This document shows positions 48,451 to 57,387 of a stretch of DNA of 64,000 nt, one piece after another; the first letter of the stretch is position 1; each line of letters begins with the position of its first letter. The stretch lies in the sequence record NZ_CP110904.1, one strand, 5' to 3'. Under the pieces are notes generated by a model. It made no database searches and had not been told where the DNA came from. It was given only the letters and a program-made list of their open reading frames with translations. The translations under genes were made by a program, and so were the position numbers. The DNA is from a plasmid.

Positions 48451-49507
48451 GGCTTTGTTGAATAAATCAGATTTCGGGTAAGTCTCCCCCGTAGCGGGTT
48501 GTGTTTTCAGGCAATACGCACGCTTTCAGGCATACCTGCTTTCGTCATTTTGTTCAGCGCTCGTACCAGGGCCATAGCCTCCGCAACCTGACCATCGTAG
48601 TCACGCAGCGTCAGTGAACCCCCGAACAGCTGTTTTACCCGGTACATCGCCGTTTCCGCTATCGAGCGACGATTGTAATCTGTTGTCCATTTCCACCGCG
48701 CATTACTCCCGGTCATTCGCTGATTAGCCACTGCACGGTTACGGTCTGCATATTCACCGGGCCAGTAACCCGCACCTTTTCGGGGAGGGATAAGCGCGCT
48801 GATTTTCTTACGCCGCAGTTCATCGTGACATAGCCGGGTATCGTAAGCGCCATCGGCGGCGGCTGACCTGATTTTCCGGTGGGTTTGCCGGATTAACCCG
48901 GGGAAGGCCTCTGAGTCCGTAACGTTGTTCAGCGACAGGTCAGCGCAGATGATTTCATGTGTTTTACTGTCAACGGCGAGATGCAGCTTACGCCAGATAC
49001 GGCGGCGTTCCTGGCCATGCTTTTTGACTTTCCACTCGCCTTCACCGAAGACCTTCAGCCCGGTGGAATCAATTACCAGGTGTGCGATTTCACCCCGGGT
49101 GGGCGTTTTGAAACTGACATTAACCGACTTTGCCCGCCTGCTGACACAGCTGTAATCCGGGCAGCGTAGCGGAACGTTCATCAGAGAAAAAATGGAATCA
49201 ATAAAGCCCTGCGCAGCCCGCAGGGTCAGCCTGAATACGCGTTTAATGACCAGCACAGTCGTGATGGCAAGGTCAGAATAGCGCTGAGGTCTGCCTCGTG
49301 AAGAAGGTGTTGCTGACTCATACCAGGCCTGAATAGCTTCATCATCCAGCCAGAAAGTTATGGAGCCACGGTTGATGAGGGCTTTATTGTAGGTGGGCCA
49401 GTTGGTGATTTTGAACTTTTGCTTTGCCACGGAACGGTCTGCGTTGTCGGGAAGATGCGTGATCTGATCCTTCAACTCAGCAAAAGTTCGATTTATTCAA
49501 CAAAGCC
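48451..49507 (-). mobile_element. IS903-group (IS5 family) insertion sequence, copy 2, flanked by the 9-bp target duplication GCTACGATG. It is inverted relative to copy 1.
   Basis: Inverted repeats GGCTTTGTTGAATAAATC at both ends. The element is 1057 bp. Identical 9-mers lie at 48442–48450 and 49508–49516. Confidence 0.85.
48507..49430 (-). CDS. tnpA: IS903-group DDE transposase (copy 2).
   Basis: Identical to copy 1 except for one residue in the track ORF extension, which lies upstream of the GTG start used here. Confidence 0.8.
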   Translation of the reverse strand: MAKQKFKITNWPTYNKALINRGSITFWLDDEAIQAWYESATPSSRGRPQRYSDLAITTVLVIKRVFRLTLRAAQGFIDSIFSLMNVPLRCPDYSCVSRRAKSVNVSFKTPTRGEIAHLVIDSTGLKVFGEGEWKVKKHGQERRRIWRKLHLAVDSKTHEIICADLSLNNVTDSEAFPGLIRQTHRKIRSAAADGAYDTRLCHDELRRKKISALIPPRKGAGYWPGEYADRNRAVANQRMTGSNARWKWTTDYNRRSIAETAMYRVKQLFGGSLTLRDYDGQVAEAMALVRALNKMTKAGMPESVRIA

Positions 49508-49557
49508 GCTACGATGTCAAAGGCCAGCCTACCACTCGCAGAATGTATAACATGAGG

Positions 49558-49806
49558 TTAAATACAAATCCGTTCACAGGCCCGTTTCAGTGTTTCTTTG
49601 GTATGACATTGTGTGGCCTGATTTAACTGTGTCCGGATATGCTGCTCATCATGGCCGTCAGCAACAAAGAGTTTGATTTTACTTTCAAGACGGCTCATTG
49701 CTTCGTACAATTTCGCTTCTTTATTGTTCTTCATGAAGCGAAGAACGTAATCCGCAATAATATGCACAGGCGGTGTTTTGATTTCACGGGAGCGATTGCT
49801 GGTCAT
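49558..49806 (-). CDS. Hypothetical protein.
   Basis: 82-aa ORF. Confidence 0.25.
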   Translation of the reverse strand: MTSNRSREIKTPPVHIIADYVLRFMKNNKEAKLYEAMSRLESKIKLFVADGHDEQHIRTQLNQATQCHTKETLKRACERICI

Positions 49807-49839
49807 GATTCTTTCTAATTTTTTGTATTGAAAATACCG

Positions 49840-50094
49840 TTATACGGTGCCACCACATTTAAGCCAACCTTTTCCGGTTGTATAAGAAATGCGACCGTCC
49901 TTAATTAGCGATTGCAAACGGCGGTCAAGAATCCGCAATGGTTGCGGATTGCTTTCCCTAGCGGCAATCCTGTGACACTCTGCTTTGATTTCTCCGGCAA
50001 ATAATGTCGCGAACGGCTTAGGAACCGGGGTTAGAACTTCGATGAGTGCCTTGTCCAGCGCCAGATATTCATCCATGTTTATGTCCTTACACAT
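49840..50094 (-). CDS. Hypothetical protein.
   Basis: 84-aa ORF. Confidence 0.25.
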   Translation of the reverse strand: MCKDINMDEYLALDKALIEVLTPVPKPFATLFAGEIKAECHRIAARESNPQPLRILDRRLQSLIKDGRISYTTGKGWLKCGGTV

Positions 50095-50231
50095 AATAAA
50101 CTAACTATGATTTAACTAATTATACCGAATCGGGGTACGAACCGAATAACCTACAGGTTGGAAAATCAACTTCCCCGGTATATCCATTGAGAGTCTGTCA
50201 GCCTGTGCAACGACATCAGGCTGATCGCCAC

Positions 50232-50846
50232 TCACCCGCTAATAACAATGGCCTGCTCCGGTTGTGGCTGGCGATCCCCCCGCAGTGCCTCAGACTCTCT
50301 GAGACGGGCTGATGGCATCGTCATTGCCTTAAACCCCTCTTCCCGCGTACGCACCAGCATCCCCCACGAATAGGTTTCACAGACATCGTTCTCTAAATTG
50401 GGTTCGGTCGACAGCAGGGACTCCATCTTCGGTTCGATGTGTACCGGCGCAATGTTTTTATAGACAGGGTGAACACGATACTCTTCAGACGCCTGTGCCC
50501 GGTAGCTCCCTTGCGCCAGCAGCACGTCATGGGAAACCAGGTCATATTCCGTATCTTCGACAAAGGTCTTCAGGGTGTGCGTTATTTTGCCGTATCCTTC
50601 AATATTCCAGACGGAGACCATCGTAAACTCTTCTAACGCTCGGGGAATTTTGACCAGAAATCCATTCAATGCCTTGCGACCCTTCAGCATACCCACCAGG
50701 TATTGCTTGTTCGGATAAGGGCGCATCGCAACCAGGTCATTTCCTGTCAGGTGAAGCGACAGTTCCGTGACGCTCACGGAATCCAGCGTGCAGAGATTTC
50801 CCATCGGATGCAGGATTTTAGGTACCAGGTGTAAAAACATCGTCAT
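50232..50846 (-). CDS. Hypothetical protein.
   Basis: 204-aa ORF downstream of the HNH gene. Confidence 0.3.
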   Translation of the reverse strand: MTMFLHLVPKILHPMGNLCTLDSVSVTELSLHLTGNDLVAMRPYPNKQYLVGMLKGRKALNGFLVKIPRALEEFTMVSVWNIEGYGKITHTLKTFVEDTEYDLVSHDVLLAQGSYRAQASEEYRVHPVYKNIAPVHIEPKMESLLSTEPNLENDVCETYSWGMLVRTREEGFKAMTMPSARLRESEALRGDRQPQPEQAIVISG

Positions 50847-50870
50847 TATCCTCGTTTATTATGGTTTCAA

Positions 50871-51407
50871 TTATTTCGGTGTCGCTTGATACATTTCGAA
50901 CCAGAAGACAATCGGCTTCTCCGTGACTTCAATTAATCCAAATCGCTCTGCGGTCCTGAAGTTGACGCTGTATGCCCTGGCGCGTTCTACCTGGCGGCTT
51001 ATTTCTTTCCGCATTCCTTCAACACTCAATGCACCTTTAAAGAGATTGCAGGGGGCGCAAGCCGGAAAAAGATTTTCGATTGCATGCAGTTCAGGATGCA
51101 TGACCTTACCGGTACTTCGAGCCTGGTGTGTCACTCGACTTCCAGCGGGGGCTCTGACCATTTCAAAATCCCGCCTCACCGGTTCAACATGATCGGCATG
51201 CCAGCCTTTTTCCGGCAGAGTACAGCCGCAATAGGCACACCGACCACCAAATTTCAAACGCAGTTCGGCTCGTTGCTCTTTGGATATTTTATTTTTGGGC
51301 TTTGAAAATCGCCCATCATCAGATTTAACCTTCGGGAGGAGTTCTGAAAAATTGGGTAATTCGATTACTGAGCCTTTGTTATTTAGAACTTTCACCGGAC
51401 CTCCCAA
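50871..51407 (-). CDS. HNH endonuclease.
   Basis: CAYCGC...HADHVEP...NLFPACAPCNLFKG (CxxC-HxDH-N-CxxC). Confidence 0.65.
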   Translation of the reverse strand: MGGPVKVLNNKGSVIELPNFSELLPKVKSDDGRFSKPKNKISKEQRAELRLKFGGRCAYCGCTLPEKGWHADHVEPVRRDFEMVRAPAGSRVTHQARSTGKVMHPELHAIENLFPACAPCNLFKGALSVEGMRKEISRQVERARAYSVNFRTAERFGLIEVTEKPIVFWFEMYQATPK

Positions 51408-51428
51408 CCATATTAAGACGGTTTTTTA

Positions 51429-51737
51429 TTAAATTTCCTGAATTAGTTTTCGGATTTTAATCAGGTGTGGTCGGCTTAATTTACATAGCTGTTCGGTCGC
51501 GGCATCCAGAGTGGGGAATACATGGGCCTCATTAATATCCACTGTCCAGTATTTCGCCTTCCCTTCCCCCAGATCAGATTCAAAATAATTTCGCTTTACT
51601 CCGACCTGCTTTGGTCTTCCATTTATCCTGATAATCTCGTGCCGCTCATCGAAGATAAAACCATCACCGACTAACGTCAGAAGAACAAAAGGACCTTCGG
51701 GTTTTTCCGTACCCAGCGAACTCACCTCATTATTCAT
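51429..51737 (-). CDS. Hypothetical protein.
   Basis: 102-aa ORF. Its start overlaps the upstream stop (ATGA). Confidence 0.3.
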   Translation of the reverse strand: MNNEVSSLGTEKPEGPFVLLTLVGDGFIFDERHEIIRINGRPKQVGVKRNYFESDLGEGKAKYWTVDINEAHVFPTLDAATEQLCKLSRPHLIKIRKLIQEI

Positions 51738-52465
51738 GCGACTTCCCCAGCAATGCGCTCAAAATTGATGACCCACACCCACGGGTTGGCCTGCCAACTG
51801 TCTTCTCCATAGGTGTCTTTCCAAAGGCTGCGGAAGCCAAGAAAATGCTTATCGCCAATAACACAACATTCGGTTGGGGCTCCTTCAGCTTTCGCATCCT
51901 CTTCGCTGATGCTGTTTAACCGCTCTACTCGCAAATCGGTGATTTCCAGTACTATACGGCTGGCCCAGCGAGGCATATGGATAGAAGGTGTCCACGCACC
52001 TTCGAACTTCATATTTTCTGTACGGGGCTTCCAGTCGGCCTCATCAGGGATCGACCACAGCCCATAATCCCCCGAACGCTGTTCACAGCTCGCACGGTAA
52101 ATGCGGGCTGCTTCAGATCTGTCCATCACAATGTTGTCATTCCAGTCCACCGCGCACGCATCTTCATTCCCGAGCAAGGAAAACGCTTCACGTACAGTAA
52201 TACGGTCGCCAACTACACCGTACGGACAGGCGCGAAGCGCCGAATTTGGCTGAGTTCCTGTTGGAAGCCACCAGTCATGCGTATGCCCACGATGTCGCGG
52301 TGTTTGCGCAGGCCTTGCCGACCATTCAGGTGAACTGTACTGAGGCTCTATAATCCGCCGCGTCTGTGTTTTCTGGTTTGCCAGAATTGCCCTGACCATT
52401 TCATCTTTAAAAAGCATTCCACGTGTCTTCACTGTGGTTTCTCCTTTCACACATGGTTCACACAT
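51734..52465 (-). CDS. Hypothetical protein, possibly ASCH-domain-like.
   Basis: The N-terminal MLFKDEMVRAILANQKTQTRR resembles the ASCH GxKTxExR motif. Weak. Confidence 0.3.
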   Translation of the reverse strand: MCEPCVKGETTVKTRGMLFKDEMVRAILANQKTQTRRIIEPQYSSPEWSARPAQTPRHRGHTHDWWLPTGTQPNSALRACPYGVVGDRITVREAFSLLGNEDACAVDWNDNIVMDRSEAARIYRASCEQRSGDYGLWSIPDEADWKPRTENMKFEGAWTPSIHMPRWASRIVLEITDLRVERLNSISEEDAKAEGAPTECCVIGDKHFLGFRSLWKDTYGEDSWQANPWVWVINFERIAGEVA

Positions 52466-52570
52466 TGAGAAGCCTATCCATCTTTATTCGCCCATCCCTG
52501 GAAACGACAGTCGTTACACGGTCGCGGGACTCTACATCCCTTCCTGAAAACGTGGTGTACACACCCCGAA

Positions 52571-52795
52571 TTAATCTTCATCCGCTTCCACTACCGGCTC
52601 GGTCGTAATTTCATATTTCACGCAACCAGGTGCATCCAACGCTTTCGCGACAGACTCACACAGCAATGACAAATCATTCAGGGTCATCGGATATTCAACT
52701 TCCAGGCTGTAAAGTGCATTGGCGCTGGAGGCAGTGGCCTTGTCAGCGTGGCAGGCATTAAAAATGAAAACGGTATTTTTTTCTTGAATAGTCAT
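52571..52795 (-). CDS. Conserved 74-aa hypothetical protein (paralog of 45974..46198).
   Basis: ALYSLEVEYPMTLNDLSLLCESVAKA shared block. Confidence 0.45.
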   Translation of the reverse strand: MTIQEKNTVFIFNACHADKATASSANALYSLEVEYPMTLNDLSLLCESVAKALDAPGCVKYEITTEPVVEADED

Positions 52796-52852
52796 AGTGC
52801 AATCCTCTGGATAATTAGCCCTGTTTTCAGGACGGTTTTCGATTAAAATTAT

Positions 52853-53347
52853 CTATTCTTTTTTATTACTTACTGAAATCTGTTGAACAGGTTCTGACTG
52901 ATCATTTTCTCCGACCGGTGTTTTGTCGACAAATGACCATTCTTGTTTGGGTTCTTTATATAAAGCACTAGCCTCAGTATTCATCCATGATTCAAAAGCA
53001 ACATAAGTCATGCCTTCCTCACTAACGCGGGCCTTAAAAACCTCCCAAGCTTGCAGATCAAGCGGCTGGTACTCTTTCAGCGACTGGTCAAGCCATCCCT
53101 TCCAGATTTCCTTACGATGTTTAAAATGAGGTATAGCCAGGTATGCATAACTACCCGCAACACAAATTAAATACAGGAAGCCGCTCCATAGAGAGGAATT
53201 GAAAAAAATCTGACTAGGGAAAATACATGCCACTATGGCAATAATTAATAGCAGGTGTTCCTTACCAGTGGGCTTATTAAATTCCCAGTTGATTGAAATG
53301 CCCCTTATCTTCCTTAAGTTCCTTTTTTTATCCTCTTTATCGGTCAT
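52853..53347 (-). CDS. Membrane protein.
   Basis: Two TM helices. An operator palindrome lies 50 bp upstream. Confidence 0.35.
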   Translation of the reverse strand: MTDKEDKKRNLRKIRGISINWEFNKPTGKEHLLLIIAIVACIFPSQIFFNSSLWSGFLYLICVAGSYAYLAIPHFKHRKEIWKGWLDQSLKEYQPLDLQAWEVFKARVSEEGMTYVAFESWMNTEASALYKEPKQEWSFVDKTPVGENDQSEPVQQISVSNKKE

Positions 53348-53392
53348 ATATCAGTCCCTAATAGTTTTAAAATGGATGTTGTTAGTCTGATG

Positions 53393-53409
53393 AAAAAAGT
53401 TACTTTTCA
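53393..53409. promoter_or_regulatory. Dispersed palindrome copy about 50 bp upstream of the 52853..53347 gene.
   Basis: GAAAAAAGTTACTTTTC. Confidence 0.6.
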
Positions 53410-53528
53410 AACCCGCACCGTAACGGACTTCACCCCTGCGAGCATTACACCACACACATTTCATCTATTTTTCCGTTAACGGGGCTATTTTCACGCTTTT
53501 TTAGGTCTGTCTGATTGTGCTAATTGCC

Positions 53529-55910
53529 TCACGCCAGCAGGCGGACCAGACGATTCAGCAGAGGCCTTAACAGTGCCGCAGTACTCTCCCGGCAATCATC
53601 CACATGCCGGAATCCCGTCTTTTTCGAAGACTGGGGACCGGACAGCATCCTCAGCGCCCAAATAACCTCCCGTAAGGTTTCGTCGTACTCCTGGGAAATA
53701 CACCTGGCTAACGTCGTCAGAAAGCGTTTTCTGACAGCCCGGTAATACAACCGTTCCTCCGGTTGCATTGATTGAGGCTTAATCCGCAGGTTACAGAGAG
53801 TCAGTACAGCGTCGAGCAGACCGGCTTTCAGTTCGTCACCCGTCCGGGCCAGATGTTGCTGGCGTTCGTTCTCCAGTTGCGTCGTGATCCATGCCCCAAG
53901 AGGCGTTCGGTTGTGGGTGTGCAGCGCCACACAGGCCGCAACACAGCACCAGAAGCGCAGTTTCTGCCGCTGCCCCCGCAGTTTACGGGCAACGAGCAGG
54001 CGGTAATCGCAGTCGGTCAGGATCTTGAAACGGTGGCTGACGAGCAGGGACGGCAGCGGCGTCTGGTCGTTAATGCCAAGACGTGAAAAGGCCTGCCCGC
54101 GTTGAGCGAGGCGGTGGTACACCGCACCTTTCCCCCGGGAAATTCGGACGGCGCCGTATCTAAGCAGGTACTGTGCCGCCGCCACGGGGGTAAACTCACC
54201 GTCAGACACACGCTGGCGTAATCCGTCATATTCATGCCAGATAATCCAGGACGCAGTGTCTTCATCGACCGTCAGCTCATCCTCTTCTTCGAATGCAACG
54301 ATGTTCAGGCTTTCCCCGCTGCTCAGCAGGCTGCGGGAAGCACGGTCATCCTCCCGACCGTCAAAATAGGCCATTTCGGCAGACGGATCAGACAGCCCGT
54401 CAAATGACGTCCCGATACGGCCTTCCGGCAACTTCATCCAGCGTGGTGCTGGCATCGGCGTGCGGGGTACGGGTTGCATAGCTGGCTCATCGTCGAGCAG
54501 ATCCAGTGCCCCCCCTTCCCACACCTGGCGGTAAAGTTCGATGGCGCGAAATGGTCGCGGGTTAAAGCAATGCAGTGACCAGAGAAAGTCGATATGCAGC
54601 ACGTTGGCTTCCTGCACCAGTCGAAACTGCGGCTCCGCCATGCGGCGGTTATGCGCCGTATCTTCGACCTCGCCAGAAAGTAACTTTTCCCGCACCGCTG
54701 CGGCCCGCTGGGCCTCCACGTAATCGAGGCTGCAACAGATATGGAACAGTCGTTCGGTCAGGGACGACGAGAAAACATTGGGCTGAAGACGCACATACCC
54801 GCCCTCAAACACTTTGCGGCCGATATAATCCCGAAGGCTCCAGTCGTACTGGATTTTGGTCAGGAAACGCTGAAGGCGGTTTAGACCAGCCTGGTAGCCG
54901 TACTTCTCAGGATCAGTGCGGAGTAAGGTTTCCATCGAGTGGTCAATGCCGACGGCGCAGCATAGCGAGCATCCATAGCGAGCGCCGCAGGCAGAAGACC
55001 GGGCCGTGTATTTCTCCGGCGTCCAGATACATTCCCCGGTCGCGTCTTTGTAAAGCGTGGCGAGGCTGAAGTTGTCCGGCAAAAAGCTTGGCAGCGGAAA
55101 TCGCGCCAGCGAACCACAGGCCATCAGAAATGACCAGATATCCTGTGTCCGCCACTCTTTCACCGGGTACAGTTCGCCGCCGAGCTCCGTGAGCGAGACG
55201 CTGTCCGACTGCCCGCCCATTCTGAGGATGTTGCCTGCCCGACGGGCGCTCTCATCATCGCGGGAACCCAGCATCAGGCACACTTTGTTGCGGACGGAAG
55301 CTGGTGCATTTTTTAAATAACGGGCTTTGGCCTGGCGCAGTGGAGAGCGTTTGAGATCTGTAGAGCATTGACGCGTATTGGAATTTGTCCAGGTCGGAAG
55401 TCCGCGTCCGGTCAGAATGCGTCCGACCCAGCTCTGGGTCATGGACGGGTGGGCCACCAGGACGGTCACGGGCAGTTGCTGTTCGGCAATAAAGGCTCGG
55501 AGCTGGCTGAGAACCTGCGTGGACTGATGATGCATCTCAGGGTTTTCAATCTGGGTGTTGGAGATCTGAATGAAGTGGTGCTGGCTGACGTTCGACCCGT
55601 TCCGTACGGCACGGATCAGGGCCATGAGGAACAGGTGCAGTAGCGAGTGGGAGTCTTTCCCGCCGCTGTAGCCGACGCACATGGTCCAGCCTTCGGTAAT
55701 CGCATGATAAATGGCACTGGTTGCCGTCGTCACGCGCGATGCGAGACTGACCGGCTCACCGGCATCGGTATAATTCAGATCCGCATCGGTCTTCAGTGTT
55801 TGCCAGACATCGCCCCATTTATCCTGCGTCAGAATGGCAGCGTTAGCCGCCTCAGAAAATTGAATTTCTGAGGGTAATTCAAGGAATGTTTCTTTTATTT
55901 CGATATACAT
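53529..55910 (-). CDS. PP-loop ATP pyrophosphatase-fold protein (PAPS-reductase/DndC/IbrA-like N-terminal domain) with a long C-terminal extension.
   Basis: PP-loop CVGYSGGKDSHSLLHL (SGGKDS). A downstream Cys cluster SSACGARYGCSLCCAVG. 793 aa. Confidence 0.5.
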   Translation of the reverse strand: MYIEIKETFLELPSEIQFSEAANAAILTQDKWGDVWQTLKTDADLNYTDAGEPVSLASRVTTATSAIYHAITEGWTMCVGYSGGKDSHSLLHLFLMALIRAVRNGSNVSQHHFIQISNTQIENPEMHHQSTQVLSQLRAFIAEQQLPVTVLVAHPSMTQSWVGRILTGRGLPTWTNSNTRQCSTDLKRSPLRQAKARYLKNAPASVRNKVCLMLGSRDDESARRAGNILRMGGQSDSVSLTELGGELYPVKEWRTQDIWSFLMACGSLARFPLPSFLPDNFSLATLYKDATGECIWTPEKYTARSSACGARYGCSLCCAVGIDHSMETLLRTDPEKYGYQAGLNRLQRFLTKIQYDWSLRDYIGRKVFEGGYVRLQPNVFSSSLTERLFHICCSLDYVEAQRAAAVREKLLSGEVEDTAHNRRMAEPQFRLVQEANVLHIDFLWSLHCFNPRPFRAIELYRQVWEGGALDLLDDEPAMQPVPRTPMPAPRWMKLPEGRIGTSFDGLSDPSAEMAYFDGREDDRASRSLLSSGESLNIVAFEEEDELTVDEDTASWIIWHEYDGLRQRVSDGEFTPVAAAQYLLRYGAVRISRGKGAVYHRLAQRGQAFSRLGINDQTPLPSLLVSHRFKILTDCDYRLLVARKLRGQRQKLRFWCCVAACVALHTHNRTPLGAWITTQLENERQQHLARTGDELKAGLLDAVLTLCNLRIKPQSMQPEERLYYRAVRKRFLTTLARCISQEYDETLREVIWALRMLSGPQSSKKTGFRHVDDCRESTAALLRPLLNRLVRLLA
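54673..54691. promoter_or_regulatory. Dispersed palindrome copy, intragenic in the PP-loop gene.
   Basis: CCAGAAAGTAACTTTTCCC. Confidence 0.5.
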
Positions 55911-56087
55911 ATTATTTCCTGAATTTTGGCTTTCGCTGCATTATCGCGTTATTTATTAAACCCATCTAATATCTTCAGTGCAATATGTGAAGATAAAATT
56001 AGTTAAATTGGAATTATGCCAATTTAACTAAATAGCACTGAACAAATAGAATTACGCGGCAATAAATATATTATCTTTACCACGCTC

Positions 56088-56570
56088 TCACGAATACTGC
56101 TGGGTAATTAAAACCGTCGTATTTGATTCCAGCTCTGCCAACGGAATTCTGGGGGTATTGAGCATCATGTCATCACCGCAATGGCGGGGTACAGCCGTCA
56201 GTTGAAATGATTCTTTCATGACCCGGATGGAAGTTGTTTCCGTGCGAGAGGACGGCATGACGTCCCGGAGCATGGTTTCCTGCCCGTTACTGTCACTTTC
56301 AATAAATGCAGCCTTCGCCATGAGTTCCTCAATGTCCTCTTCCGATGTTTCGGACCAGAGGCAGTCATAGAAGAAAAACTCTGCAACGTACAAATCATTC
56401 TCTTTCACGTATGCCGCCAGTTCACGGATACGCTGAGCCAGCGATGTATCAATGGAAAAGAAGACGCTTTGCGGGACTTCACTCGCAAATTCATTGATGC
56501 AGCTAGCGGACGCAATCAAAAGTTTATTGAACATTTCAGCTCTCCATGCCACCGGCTGTCCCGGTGGCAA
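56088..56570 (-). CDS. Hypothetical acidic protein.
   Basis: 160-aa ORF adjacent to the next acidic protein. Confidence 0.3.
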   Translation of the reverse strand: MPPGQPVAWRAEMFNKLLIASASCINEFASEVPQSVFFSIDTSLAQRIRELAAYVKENDLYVAEFFFYDCLWSETSEEDIEELMAKAAFIESDSNGQETMLRDVMPSSRTETTSIRVMKESFQLTAVPRHCGDDMMLNTPRIPLAELESNTTVLITQQYS

Positions 56571-56580
56571 TCTAGGGTTA

Positions 56581-57387
56581 TCAGGCAGTCACGGGGCACA
56601 ATACGTCCAGCGAAGGCAGCAATTTGCTCAGGCTGTCGTACACGACGGGCGTCAGTTCGGTGACGCTGTGAAGCGCCATGCTGGTGTTGTCTTCTTCGCT
56701 GAGAATGATGACTCCATCCTCATCAGGATCGTCAGAAGTACTCTCGTCCGAGGCCAGGCGGTGGCGTGCAACGTCATAAGGCGATTCAGACGCTTTGCAG
56801 CTCATCAGATAGCATTCTGTGTATGTGTTTTCGTGGTTATACTGGTTCACTTTCACCAACGCATACTGAACACCGGCATCATGGGCTTCGTTCATCAGGC
56901 GGGAAAAATTAAAGCCTTCCTCATAGTGGTGTGTATCTTTAGTCACCACGATTGTCGCACCGCCGAACTCGTTTTCGCGTGGTCGGTCGCAGACGAAAGC
57001 GGCATTGATTGTGACCATTTCAGGCAGGTTAAACACCGACAACACGGCAGTTGTTACCGCGATTGCGTGGTCGAGGTTAATGCTTTCATCATGGCTGATT
57101 GCCAGACCGCTACCGGTGATTTCCGCTTTGAGTTCCAGCTCGTAATTGTCTTCTGGTGACTCCGGCTGACCAAAAGTCGGCTCAAACGGATCGCACTCCG
57201 GGTGGTTCTGAATAATACCCAGGACCAGCAGTTCAGTGAGGGAACACTCTGAAGCAGGTTTAGACAGCAGGTGATCACCTTCCGACACATCCGTGTCCGT
57301 AACATACGCAATCGCGTCCAGAGCCATCTGAGCCTGTTCCTGTGAACAGAGAATTGTGAAGGATGCCTGAGTGTAATTATTTGCCAT
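56581..57387 (-). CDS. Highly acidic hypothetical protein.
   Basis: 268 aa with a strong Asp/Glu excess (DESTSDDPDEDGVIILSEEDN). Confidence 0.3.
   Translation of the reverse strand: MANNYTQASFTILCSQEQAQMALDAIAYVTDTDVSEGDHLLSKPASECSLTELLVLGIIQNHPECDPFEPTFGQPESPEDNYELELKAEITGSGLAISHDESINLDHAIAVTTAVLSVFNLPEMVTINAAFVCDRPRENEFGGATIVVTKDTHHYEEGFNFSRLMNEAHDAGVQYALVKVNQYNHENTYTECYLMSCKASESPYDVARHRLASDESTSDDPDEDGVIILSEEDNTSMALHSVTELTPVVYDSLSKLLPSLDVLCPVTA

Noticed and set aside
30777-49507. The IS903 pair as a composite transposon carrying the 16.6-kb cargo.
   Set aside because: Each copy has its own matching 9-bp target duplication (TATCACCAT; GCTACGATG). They are independent insertions rather than one composite transposition.
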